A stretch of DNA of 50,941 nucleotides, the filler included, from Jimgerdemannia flammicorona (lineage: Eukaryota): the NCBI GenBank assembly GCA_003990765.1. It is 2 parts of 2 records of this genome, joined end to end, with 100 filler letters (N's around TTAATTAATTAA, not from the genome) between each part and the next. Parts side by side here need not be neighbours in the genome. Positions count along the whole stretch, not along the records: positions 25,527 to 50,941 come from RBNJ01000835.1; 1 more part is not named here. One strand, written 5' to 3'. Made by a program: the position numbers and the translations under genes. Shown here one piece after another: positions 37,740-50,200 of the stretch. Numbering within the stretch: position 1 is the stretch's first letter; every line of letters begins with the position of its first letter. The notes beneath the pieces are model-generated. The model was given only the letters and a program-made list of their open reading frames with translations. It had not been told where the DNA came from and ran no database searches.

Positions 37740-37914
37740 TGGTTCTCTCGTTTTCCGCCCTCCCTTACAATAACAGTGGAAAGCTTCGGAATGTAATTAT
37801 ATTAAGTCATCTGTATCTAGCAGTTTGTCTGGCCTTCGTTCATATAATATCACCTGACTTTACGCCAAGGAAAATAAAACCACCATAAACATAAGGACAA
37901 ACGAATATACAACC

Positions 37915-38045
37915 CTCCTTCGACCTTCGACATCTGCCCCCCATTCGGCATCTGCCTCCCAACCTTGACTCTGCCGCCCCTTTCCAACCTTCAACATCTG
38001 CCCCCCTTTCCGACCTTCGCACCCTTTAACATTTGACATCTGTTC
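37915..38045. repeat. Imperfect C-rich tandem repeat
   Basis: Recurrent ACCTTC.ACATCTGCCCC units, followed by CTTAGTC three times. Confidence 0.6.
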
Positions 38046-38344
38046 TTAGTCAGCGCGCTTAGTCGCTTAGTCGTCATGCTTCATAGTATAGTCTCCTAGT
38101 TGTAGGAGTGCGTTCTTAGAGTTTCTAGATTGTTCTATTACTGAATATAGCAATGTTTCCTTCTGGGTTTCTTTGTGTCTTGAGGTTGAATTTGTCAGCA
38201 GTGTTGTAACTTAATGGAGTGGGGAGCAGAGGAGAGAGCAGAGCATTGTTTATTATTCCAGATAGCATTTACGCGTTGAGTGACGTAACTCAAAGATGAC
38301 ATAGTTACATATGTATAAGCACTATTATTGAGATGTCAAAATAA

Positions 38345-41300
38345 CATCTTTCTCAGTTACCACTCACATTACACACACTTTTACAACACACTTTCAAGTG
38401 TTTATTGGAGAAAGGTACTAAGGCAATGGCAACCAACAAGTAAGTTGACATGTGTACTAGGTCAGGTAGACCTGGAGCCTTCAAATGGCAATATGTTGGA
38501 TGTGGATATGGATTAGGGATGGGGTCGTTTGGTGGTCTGAGTGGGCAGGGCAGTTCAGGCAGTGATAGCAGTGCTGGGGGAGGAGCAGGAGGGCAGAAGG
38601 AGAGGAGCTTTGCAGATACATTGAAGAATAGTGGATGGCCTATTGGATCTTATGATAGATGGATGGAGGGGAAGAGAAAGCAGAGAGAAGGAGAAGTAGG
38701 AGGTGCTGGACCTCTGCCAGTGGGGGGAAGGGCTAGTGGAGCAGCAGCTGGGAGTAGGGGGGGGACTGCTGATGGTAGTGTAACTAGGAATCTGGAAAAA
38801 AATCCAGATATAACTACTGATAGAGAGGCTGGGCAGATGGGTCCAAAGAGGAAGAGGGACCTGGCAGATGGTGTGATGGGGCTGGCAGTGGTACTGTTAC
38901 TCAAGAAGTTGATCTTGGAGTTTGCTGTGACCTTATATTTCCAGAGCTTGGCTGTAACAATAAGGATGGTTCTGGGAATTATCTTGGAGCAAGTGACTGA
39001 GATTGCATTGGTGAAGTTTCTGAAGGGACTGGAAGGGGTTGAGGTGGGTTTTGAGAAGACAGGTTCACTGGAGGAAGCTTGAAGACTAGAGTAGTGGTAG
39101 GAGAGGTAGTGGTCCTTATGGTATAGTGTTTGAGATGGGACTCTAGAGTGGTTCAGTTGCTGGTAAAGAGAGTGTCTATGGTGATGAAAGTTGAGACTAA
39201 GAGGAGGGTAGAGGAGGTGATAGTGAAGTATGGCAATGTGATCAATATTGGATTCTAGATATAGGAGGGAACTACTTTCAGGATAAGAGATATTGACATC
39301 AGGATTAGACAGGCAGAAAGAGAGGCCACTGGGAAGATGAGTGACTGGCCTTCAGTTATGCTGTAAGGGGCCTTCATCTGTAAGGTATCAAGAGTGAAGA
39401 GGAGTGAAGAGGAGGAGGAGGATCTGCTGGAGGTCTTAGAGGAGATGAGTGGGGTAGTTGAGCAGAGGGAAAAGGCCTGGAAGGTGTATAAAGAGGCTAT
39501 ATATTTGGAAATTGTGGATGAGAAGTATATTCATATGGACAAGAGGCAGTGAGAGAGGGCTCAAGGATGCAAGAGATAGAGAGAGTTGTTGACAAGTATA
39601 GATAGAGAGATAAAGAAGAATACTAGTAGAGCTGAAGAGTCTGGAGGGGCCAAGGTGAGTGTCTGGGCTAGTAAGAGAGGAGAGAATAGAGAGGGGGGCC
39701 TGGATGGGGCCAGAAAGATGCCATGCAATGACCTATATGCTGATGGTATATTCAAGATCTGGGAAGAGAAATTAGATAGCACTCCTCCTCCTCTTATCAG
39801 GAGGGATCCAGCTTGGAGATATAAGGCAGTGGAGGATATGCTGATGTATGGTGCCCAGTAAGTTCACTTTGGAGTTCCTGATATGGCAAAAGGGAGACAG
39901 GTGGTGGTAGTTAGCAAGGATGAGCTGGTGGATATTCTGAAGGAGGAGTGGGATGAGACAGTGAGTATAGGGGCCAATATTACAATATTGGATATCAGGA
40001 GGCCAGTGACATCAGGAGGGAAAGAGGTGGGGAACCTACTATAGATGTGTTGGATAATGAACAACTTCACAGCTAAAGAGTTAGGAGAAGTAGACCTGAG
40101 AGTGATGAGTGAGGAGCATTGAGCATAGATTCTGTATGATGATAGAGTGGTGGAGGTACTAAAGGTAGAGATACTTGTGATTCTTCTGGAGGAGGAGGGG
40201 TATGAGGTTGATAAGGAGAGGGAGGCTGAGCTGGCTGTTGTTGCTAGTGAGAGGGCCACCTTCTGTTGAGCAGAGCATTATGGGCTAAAACTCTAGCAGG
40301 AGGCTTATCTGGAGTATCATGAGGAATTTGAAGAAAAGGAGGATGGAGAGATGGCTGAACTGCTGATTGGATTAGAGACAAGAGAGGCTGAAGAGGAGAG
40401 ATTGGCTGCTGAACATAACTTGGATGTAGCTCAAGAGGGGAGAGATGTGGACTTATAGAGAATAAGTAGGATACTACTTCTAAACATTCTTCTCAATGAA
40501 TAGTATAACTAATATTTTTTCTCTAAATATAAATAGGTTATAGAGATCTAGGTGATAGAAGAACATTTTTACTTAGCTTAAGAGATTGGAGGCTGATCTC
40601 TTTCTGCTGCAGGACATACATTATGAGGATGAGATAGATCAAGTAGAGTGGGCTAGAGAATGGGGAGGAGCCATAGCTTGGATTGGAAAAATGGCAATTT
40701 TTGTACACAGGGATAAAGGAGAGCTTGGTGAAATCAGGAGCTGGAGTGACTATTTGGTATGGGGAGAATAATGTCAACCTGGGTAGGAGTCAGTGAGAGT
40801 TGGCTCTTACTACTGCCCAGTAGCTAGAAGTGAGTGGATTGCATGAATTCAGGGTCTTTTGAAGAAGAGCACATTCTTGGAGGATGGGGTGGATGTTCTG
40901 AGAGGTGACTTCAATATGGTGCAGAATCTTCAGTTAGATAGAACTGATGGAGAGAGGAGTACTGGTAGAAGGAGTAGTGGTCTGGATACATAGGAGGAGG
41001 TAGAGAACCTTAGCTTCTTAGGAGATATGGGCAGAATGCAGTGGGGAGAAAAGAGGATCTACACACATTGGATGAATAGTCTGGGTATAAGGATTGACTG
41101 GATACTGACAGCCAAATGCTGGGGCCTGGATGTTTAGAGGACTCTAGAGGTAGAGTAGTGCCCATGGTCAGACCATTGGGGACTGTTAGAGTAGGGGTAG
41201 TTTAGGGGGAGTGGAGATGGACCCAGACATTAGTGCCTTAACTCCTCTCTGCTAACTGAGGAAGTATTGTGGGACTCTTGGGCAGAGGATATTCAGGGGA

Positions 41301-44236
41301 AGATCATAGGCTAGATATATAAGGGGTTACAAGTAAATGTCCAGTAGATGAAGTTAAAAGAGGCTGTGAGAGTTTACTGAAGAGAAGTTGGTAGGGATGC
41401 TGGGAGGCAAAGGAGGAAAAGAGTGAGATGTACTTCCAATAGGTTGGTTAGACTGCAGATAGAATAGACTGATTTGATAAATTTGGGTGAGGTGGATGAT
41501 TGGTAGTTAGCATGAGCTAGGCTAGAGATAATAGAGCAGCAACAGGTGTTGAGGAAGGAGGAGGAGATGCATATAAAAGAAATGGCAGCTAGGTTGAGAT
41601 GGTAGGGACTTGAGAAGAGAGAGAGGCCATCTAGGTACTTGTTGAGGCTCCTTCAGGCAAGAAGGGTATACCATTGGTGGGATGGAGTCCTTGATACTAA
41701 GGGAGAAATAGTACATGGAATGCAATAGATCTTGGGGTTGCTGAAGGAGCAATGGCAGGGTCTGTGGAGTGAGGAGGAAGGGGGTGCTAATGCAGAGGCA
41801 ATTGGAGACACTCTGGAGAACTGAGAGCCACCACTAGTAGAGGGCCTGGGGGATTTGATCCTTCTAGTCCAAGAGGAGGAGGTCCAGAGAGTCCTTGTAG
41901 CAACTAAGCTTAGTAAGGTACCAGGAGAGAATGGTCTATCTTGGGACTTTTGGAAGAAGATGGTACAGGTCCCTAGGGTGTTGGGAGAGATGGCAGCCCT
42001 CTGTGATCTTGTTCTTTTAAGAGATCAGTGGGTGGGAGGGCAGGACCTAGGGCTGGTGGCTCTGTTGTACAAGGATAAGGGAAGGAGAGAGGATTGGAAG
42101 AACTAAAGACCAATTATGCTTCTGGATATAGACAGGAAGATAGTGACTAAGGTGATTGTGGTGAAATTACAGAGAGTTGCTCAACAGGTATTGGGTGAGG
42201 AGTAGCAGGACTTTGTTGGTAGCAGACTCATCAGAGATAAGATGGCCTGGGTCTATAGTATCATTGAAGGGGCAAGGACTAGTGGATTGGATGGGAGATT
42301 AGTCTTTTTGAACTAGGAGAAGGCCTATGACTATGTTCAGCAGGTGTGGCTGGGCAAGATGTTGGACAGAATAAGAGTTCCCCCATTGTTTCAAGCTTTT
42401 ATATTGAATCTGTTGGAGAGTAGTAGAGTGGTGATGATGTGTAATGGTCACCAGGGTGTGGCATTTCACTTAGAGAGAGGAGTTCCTCAGAGGGGCCCAT
42501 TGTATCCTATTCTATATGCCCTTTTATTAGAACCTTTGATAGATAGGATTTGGCAGAGAGTGGCAGGGCTCACTATTTATAGTATAGTGTGAAAGATGGG
42601 GGCCTTTGTAGATGACATAGTGGTTGGACTTGGATCAGTGGCAGATGTTGAGGCTCTTAAGGAGATGGTAGAATGGTATGAGGCATACTCTGGAGCAAAG
42701 CTCAACTAGTATAAGTATGAGACTATAGTATTGGGAAATGGATTAGTGGGTAAGAATATCATTAGAACAATTGTCCCAGCAGGAGAGGCAGTGAGGTATC
42801 TGGGTATCTTCCTTTCAGTATATGGATCAATCTTACTGTAGGTATGGTGGGAGAGGAGAGTGGCTATCTGGAGAGAGGTACTTCAAGGCTGGGGAGGTCA
42901 CCATATCTCTCTGGCAGGCGGAGTTTCAATTCTGAATGTCTACTGGTTCTCTAAGCTGTGGTATATTACCTATTACTTGAACTTTCTAGCTTGAGTAGTG
43001 AAGAGACTGATGAAGATGGCTAGAGATTGGATTTGGACTGAGAGGCGATCCCAGATCAGCTGGGATACTCTTTCATTACTGGTAGTTTGAGGGGAGCTAG
43101 GACTGGTAGACTTTTCTAAGAGGCTACATTGTCTGAGAGCTTGGTGGTTGAAGCAAGCAGTAGAACTGAGGGGAGGGGGATGGGTGCCATTGATACAGAA
43201 GATATGAGAGATGAGATTCTCCTCAAGAGAGTCCTCAGGAGATTTGCTTTTCCTGGTGGGCCTGGGTAGAAGCAATAGGCTGTAGTATAAAGGTTTCTAG
43301 TAAGGGGTGACAGATGGAGTACACCATATAGACATGTGCTAGAGTAGCAATAAAGAGGAGATACTGTGGAAACTAGCTATTTAGAGATGGAACAGACTGC
43401 TTCTGAGGGGCACTCCACTTATTGCCTTTGATATTAGTGATAGAGTGGAGTGTCAGAGGGGACTTGGTCAGGATCTCTGGCCTGACAGTTAGCAAGCAGT
43501 GAGGATTGGTGAGGAGTGGGATTGGGCAGAAGTCTGGGAATAGAGTACTGAGGTGTGGAGATGACTTCCTCCCAAGTATTGAGTAGTATGGTGGTGGATA
43601 CTATGGAGGAATATTATGTTGAATTTCTGTGCTGGGCATCTAGTGGATGGTGGCATACTGGAATATAAGTCATTCTATGATATCAGATAAGTTGAGGGAT
43701 TTGTACAGACTCTGGAACATTGGCTGAGAGAGTGTGAGGTTCTGGGAGACTTTTGGATAACAGTAGAGGACTGGCTGGGTATAAAGAGAAGGTCAGATGG
43801 GAAGAGAGATCACTGGGAGGATCTGAGAACTAGGTTGGTAGAAGGGGTGGGTAATGAATGGCTCACTATAGGGTGGGTTTTAGCTATATAGGTTGGGCTG
43901 GCCAGATATTGGCTCTTTGTATTTAAGAAGAGATGGCAGCTGGGCTTGTAGGAGAGTTTGTTAAGATGAGAGGAGTTGGTGGGTGATATACTGATAGAGT
44001 AGTGGGTTGGATGGAGTCCCCAGGGTGGGCATCACCACTATTTGGTAAAAAGGTTTGTTGACAGAGTAGTGAACAGGTGGGGGTGATTAATGGCCTAGTG
44101 GTCTTTAACCAAGAAAGGGCAGAGGGTGGGGGTCCCCTAGGGAGATCAGATAGGGGTGGACCTAGTATATTATATATGGAATAGACAGCTGTATTAATAA
44201 AGGAATAAGTCCAAGAGACTATAAAAAAAAAAAAAA
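38345..44236 (+). mobile_element. Full-length degenerate LINE (family 2)
   Basis: 15-bp TSD GAGAT(G/A)TCAAAATAA (38330-38344 and 44237-44251) and poly(A). Colinear with 45144-50941. RT motif GVPQRGPLYP. Many stops. Confidence 0.95.
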
Positions 44237-44261
44237 GAGATATCAAAATAATAATATATAA

Positions 44262-45143
44262 TAGTAGTTCTTTCTCCACTACCTTACTGGTTACAATGGT
44301 TTGGTAGACAATCTTTTGAGTCTACTTTCTACAATTATTACCCCCTTTATCTCAGGTTGGTTTGCTATATCTATTGCAGGGCAGTAGGAGGGAGGCAATG
44401 GTGATGAGTTGCTCTTTTATTAGTATCTGATCAGTGTCTTCTCTACTTTTTCATGATTTATGGTACCTTTGGCTACATCTGGAGTGCATCTGTTTTGGTG
44501 CAGCACCTTTTTCCTTTTGCCATCACCAATAAGATACTGTCTTGATGTATCATAGATTACATAGGGAGTTGGCTGACCTTGGGCATCAAGTGCCTAGTAT
44601 AGATTATCTGCAGATCCTCAGTACCTGTAGTGGGGCCCTCTGGCTTTAGTGAGCTTCCCAGTGAGTGTAGTTCTGATATAGGTGACTGTTTTTTGGATAT
44701 TGTCAGGATGGGAGAGGAGATGACCATTACAGATAAAAAGAAGGGCATCAAGTCCTTCAGAACTGCTGATACTTGAAAAAATTGAAATGATATAGAAAAG
44801 ATTAGCATGGCCCCTGCACAAGGATGACACTATCTTCCTGAGTGGATAGTCCTATATGGGCAAGTTTTTGATAAAAAGAAGGACAATTATGGTAAACCAG
44901 TAGGGTTCCAGGCTGGGGGCAGTCATCAGGACTGGGGCAGATACTGCTTCAGTAGGGCCTTTTGATTAGTATAGAGTGGTTAAGTAGTAGGTGTCACTCG
45001 ACTTCTTTTGATAATTTGGCAGATTGGGCCCTAGTTATTGGAGGGGATTGGGGGGCTTAAGGCTACTTATTTTAGGCATCTTGACTATACTCAACTGGAA
45101 CTGAGAGCTGATATGGCAATATAATTGAGGTCTGTAGACTTGA
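44262..45143 (+). mobile_element. Retroposon X, copy 3 (least decayed; holds the U6 insert; cut by the LINE at ~45144)
   Basis: Similarity to copy 2 begins at the same point (TTCTTTCTC.ACTA) and continues on both sides of the U6 insert. Confidence 0.75.
44752..44869 (+). pseudogene. U6: U6 snRNA retrocopy
   Basis: AAATTGAAA(T)GATA(T)AGA(A)AAGATTAGCATGGCCCCTGCACAAGGATGACAC is the U6 core with a transition-damaged ACAGAGA box. Decayed 5' hairpin GTCC-TTCG-GGAC, terminal TTTTT, and a 16-bp TSD. Confidence 0.92.
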
Positions 45144-45230
45144 CATTCCATCTTTCTCTGCTATAATTCGCATTACACACACTTTTACAACACACTTTCA
45201 AGGTGTTTATTGGAGAAAGATACTAAGGCA

Positions 45231-47267
45231 ATGTCAACTAGCAAGCAAGCCGACATGCATACTAGGTCAGGCGGACCTGGGGCCTTCAACTGGCAGCATG
45301 TCGGGAGAGGGTATGGACTGGGGATGGGGTCTTTCAGTAGCTCAGGTGGGCAGGGCAGCTCGGGTGGTGGAAGCAGCATTGGGGGGGGGGCTGGAGGGCA
45401 GCAGAGAAGGAGCTTTGTGGACACGCTGAGGACAGGAGGCTGGCTGATGGGAGATCATAGTGGACAGACAGGAGGGAAGGGGAAGAAGAAGGCTGGGAAT
45501 GCTGGGGGAGCTGGGCCTTCATCGGTGGGAGGTGGGGGAAGTGGAGTAGCTGCTGGGAGTAGTGGCAGGACTGCTGATGGTGGCGTGACGGTGAATCAGG
45601 AGGAAAAAAAAAGAGATGTGATGGCTGATGGCCAGGGGGGGCAGGGGTTCCCAATGCGGAAGGGGGACCTGGCGGATGGTGTAACAGGGCTGGTAGTGGC
45701 CCTATTGCTCAAGAAGTCAATTTCAGAGTTTGCAGTCACCTTATGCTTCCGGGGCTTGGCAGTGACGGCGAGGATGGTTCTGGGGCTGATTTCGAAGCAG
45801 GTGGAAGGGGCAGCCTCGGTGAAGTTCCTGAAGGGCTTGGAGGGAGTGGAGGTGGGTTTTGAGGAAGTGGGCCCGCTGGATGAGGCCCTGAAGACTGGAG
45901 TCGTGGTTGGAGAGGTGGTGGTTCCTATGGTGCAGTGCTTGAGGTGGGACCCTAGGGTGGTGCAGCTTCTGGTGAGGGGGGTGCCCACAGTGACGAGGGA
46001 GGAGACTAGGAAGAGGGTGGAGGAGGTGATGGTGGAGTATGGTGATGTGGTAGACATAGGTTTCCAGGTGTGGGAGGGGACCACAATCAGGACAGGGGAT
46101 ATCGATGTCAGGATTCAACTGGCGGGCAAGGAGGCCACAGGGAAACTGAGTGACTGGCCTTCGGTGCTGATGTGGGGGGCTGTTGTCTGCAAGGTATCAA
46201 GGGTGAAAGGGAGTGACGAGGAGGAGGAGGACTTGTTGGAGGCACTAGAGGAGTTGGGTGGTGCTGTGGAGAGGAGGGCGAGGGCCTGGAAACTGTATGA
46301 GGAGTCAATACATCTGGAGGTTGTGGGTGGGAAGCATATCCATATGGAAAAGAGGCAGTGAGAGTGGGCACAGGGACACAAGAGGCAGAGGAAGCTGTTG
46401 GCAAGTATGACAGGAGGGGTGGAGAAGAAGGTGGTTAGAGCTAAGGAGTCTGGGGGTGTTAAGGCCAGTGTCTGGGCTGGTAAAGGAGGGGAGGAGGTGG
46501 AGGCGGAGGAGGCAGAGACTGGGAAGATGCCAGACAAGGGCCCGTTCGCTGATGGTACCTTTGAAGTGTGGGACCCAGTGGTAGATGCCACCCCCCCCCC
46601 ACTTATCAGGAGGGGCCCAGTTGGGAAGAGAGGGAAGATGGAGGATACGCGGATGCATGGGGCCCAGCAGGTGTGCTTTGGGGTCCCTGATGTGGCACAA
46701 GGGGGCCAGGTGGTGGCAGTTGGCGAGGACGAGCTAGTGGATGTTCCTGAGGAGGAGTGGGATGAGGCTGCCAGTGTAGGAGTTGATACCACGATGTTGG
46801 ATGCAGGGCGGCCAGAGACTCCAGGAGGGAAGGAGGTGGGGAACTTGTTGTGGATGCGTAAGGTGATGGATAATCTTGCAGCAGAGACATTGGGGGAGGT
46901 GGATCTGTGGGCAATGTCTGAGGAGCATTGGGCACAGATTCTGCACGGTGATGGAATAGTGGAGGCACTGAAGGGGGAGATTCTGGCAATTTTCCTGGAG
47001 GAGGAGGGATATGAGGTTGACAAGGTGCGGAAGGCAGAGTTGGGAGTGGTTGCTGGGGAGCAGGCGACATACTGTTGGGCAGAGCATCATGGTCTGAGGC
47101 TCTGGCAGGAGGCCTGTTTGGAGTATTGGGAGGACTTTGAGGAGCATGAAGATGAGGCTATGGTAGAACTTCTTGGAGAGTTGGCAGCATGAGAAGCTGG
47201 GGAGAGGGAACTAGCTGCTGAACGTGACTTGGACTTGGTACAGGAGGAGCGAAATGCAGACTTGTAG
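45231..47267 (+). pseudogene. LINE ORF1 (~678 codons, two internal stops)
   Basis: ORFs 45210-46361 and 46398-47192 are in frame. Gly-rich N-terminus, RRM-like core, acidic C-terminus. Terminal TAG is conserved in sister copies. Confidence 0.85.
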
Positions 47268-47298
47268 AGGATGGGACCATGATATTTCAGTATTCCTT

Positions 47299-50200
47299 AT
47301 GAACAGTACAACCAACATTTTCTCCTTGAATGTGAATGGGTTAAGGGGCTCTGGGTGGTGTAAGAACATTTTTACTTGGCTCAAGAGATTGGAGGCTGAT
47401 CTCTTTTTACCACAGGATGTTCGGTGTGAGGATGAGGACAATTGGGTAGAGTGGACTAGGGAATGGGGCGGGGCTACTGCTTGATTTAGAAAGGTAGCGA
47501 TTCTGGTGAGGAAGGGCAGAGGAGATTTGGGGGATATTAGGAGCTGGGGTGATCGCTTGGTCTGGGGAGATTGGCATCGACCAGGGTGGGAATTGGTGAG
47601 GGTGGGCTCTTGCTACTGCCCTGCGGTTAGGGGTGAGAGGATTGCATGGATCAGGGGGCTGCTGGAGGAAGGGGTCGATGTTCTTGGTGGGGACTTTAAT
47701 ATGGTTTGGGATCAGCGTCTGGACAGAACTGATGGAGGGAGGAGTGCTGGGGGTAGAAGTGGCGGTCTGGATGCATGGGAGGAGGTGGAGACGTTGAGCT
47801 CCTTAGGGGATATGGGCAGAACTAGGTGGGGTGGCACCAGGGTCTTCACATATTGGATGAATGGCCTGGGCACAAGGATTGACTGGATTCTGACAGTGGA
47901 GTGCTGGGGTCCAGATGTTTGGAAGGTATTGGAAGTAGAGTGGTGCCTATGGTCTGATCACTGGAGACTGTTGGGGCAGGGGCAGTTTGGGGGGAGCAGA
48001 GATGGACCCGGACATTGGCGCCTTAACTCCTCCCTGCTGGCTGAGAAGGGATTGTGGGAATTGTGGGTAGAGGACATTCAGGCAAAGGTTTTGATCTGGC
48101 AGTGTGAGGGTCTGCCGGTGGCTGTCTGCTGGATGAGATTGAAAGAGGCTGTGCAGGTTTATTGGGGAGGGGCTGGTAGAGAGGCCGGGAGGCAGCAGAG
48201 GAGGTGCACAAGGTGTGCTTCCAACAGGCTGAGGAGACTACAAATGGAGTGGGCTGATTTGCTTACTATCATTGAGGTGGAGGATTGGAGCATAGAGAGG
48301 GCGAAATTGGAGATAGTGGAACTACAACAGGTGTTGAGGGAAGAGGAGGAGACTCATATGTGGGGTATGGCTGCTAGACTCCAGTGGCAGGGGCTTGAGG
48401 AGGGAGAGTGGCCTACTGGGTACCTATCAAGACTTCTCAAAGCTAGGAGAGTGCGACATCGGTGGGATGGGGTCCTGGATAGTGATGGGGACATGGTGCA
48501 TGGCACACAACAAATCTTAGGTGTTTTGAAGGAGAGATGGCAGGGCTTGTGGAGTGAGGGAGAAGGGGGTGCTGAGGAAGTAGAGATTGTGGGTTCATTA
48601 GCCGAGTGGGAGCCACCACCAGTAGCTGGTCTGGGAGACTTGATCTTACCAGTGCAGGGAGAGGAGATCCAGAGTATCCTGGCAGCAACTAAACTTGGGA
48701 TGGCACTGGGGGAGGATGGATTGCTGTGGGACTTCTGGAAGAAGATGGTAAATGTCCCTGGAGTTTTGAGTGAGATGGCTGCTCTCTGTGACCATGTCCT
48801 TCAGAGTGGTGAGTGGGTTGGAGAGCAGGATCTAGGATTGGTGGCCTTGTTGTACAAAGACAAGGGGAGGAGGGAAGACTGGAAGAACTGGCAGCCGATC
48901 ATGCTTCTGGATATGGACAGGAAGATGGTGACTAAGGTGATTGTCGCAAGGCTGCAGAAAATTGCCCAACAGGTGCTGGGAGAGGAGCAGTGGGGTTTTG
49001 TTGGGGGCAGACTTATTAGAGATGAGACTGCATGGGTTCATGGTGTCATTGAAGAGGCCCAGGCCTGTGGACTGGATGGAAGGTTGGTCTTTTTGGACCA
49101 GGAGAAGGCCTACAACCATATACAGTGGGTGTGGCTGGGCAAGGTATTGGACCAAATTGGGGTGCCCACAAGGTTTAGGGCCTCTATGTTGAGTCTGCTG
49201 GAAAGCAGCCGGGCAGCTCTGATGTGTAATGGTCACTATGGGAGGGCATTTTCCTTGGGAAGAGGAGTTCCTCAGGGGGACCCTCTGTCCCCTATTCTCT
49301 ATGCCCTTTCACTGGAGCCATTGATGGATAGGATTCATCAGAAGGTGGCAGGGCTTTCTATATATGGTATAGTGTAGAAGGTGGGGGCCTTTGCTGATGA
49401 TATGGTGGTTGGACTTGGGTCAGTGGCAGATGTAGTGGCACTTCAGGAGACTGTGGAATGATATGAGGATCACTCGGGGGCAAAGCTCAACTGGTATAAG
49501 TGTGAGATGATGATGCTAGGGAATGGACTAGTGGGTGGGGATGTCATTGGAACAATTGTCCCTACTGGTGAGATGGTGCAGTATCTGGGCATCTTCCTCT
49601 CTATATATGGTTCTGTCTTGCCATGAGTGTGGTGGGAGAGCAGGGTGAATATTTAGGAGGAGGCCCTTCGAGGTTGGGGAGGCCACCATATCTCTCTAGT
49701 AGGGCGGGTGTCAATCATGAATGTATATTGGTTCCCTAAGCTGTGGTATGTAGCATATCACCTTGACTTCCCAGCATGGGTGGTGAAGAAGCTGATGAAG
49801 ATGGCTAGGGATTGGATTTGGGTGGGGAGGAGGTCCCAGGTCAGTTGGGATACTCTTGCAAGACCAGTAGTCAGGGGAGGTCTTGGCCTGGTGGACTTCT
49901 CTAAGAGGCTGCACTGTTTGCGAGCTTGGTGGTTGAAGAGAGCAGTGGAACTGCAGGGAGGCAGTTGGGTGCCTCTGCTACAGAAGGTGTGGGAGATGCA
50001 AACATCCCCTCGAGGGTCCTCTGGGGACCTGATCTCTTTGGTGGGACTGAATGGATTTCGGAGGTTGTGGTTCAAAGGCTTTTGGTGGGGAGTGGCTGAT
50101 AGAGCTCACTGAATTGGCCTGTGATGGCAAGGTAATGAGGGGGAGACAGTGTGGGGGCCTAATATGTGGTATTGGGATAGGCTGCTCCTGGGGGATACTC

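Noticed and set aside
38101..38309. Possible solo LTR (TGTAGG...GTTACA)
   Set aside because: No TSD (CTAGT vs TATGT) and no second copy in the window.
44752..44869. Functional U6 gene, U6atac, or target of a U6-specific LINE
   Set aside because: The ACAGAGA box and 5' stem are mutated and the copy is TSD-flanked within a repeat. The core is major-type U6. The nearest LINE junction is ~275 bp away.
45334..47147. Long Ser/Pro-rich antisense ORFs (e.g. 46115-47023; also 6545-7186)
   Set aside because: Shadows of the G-rich LINE sense strand, with no independent motifs.
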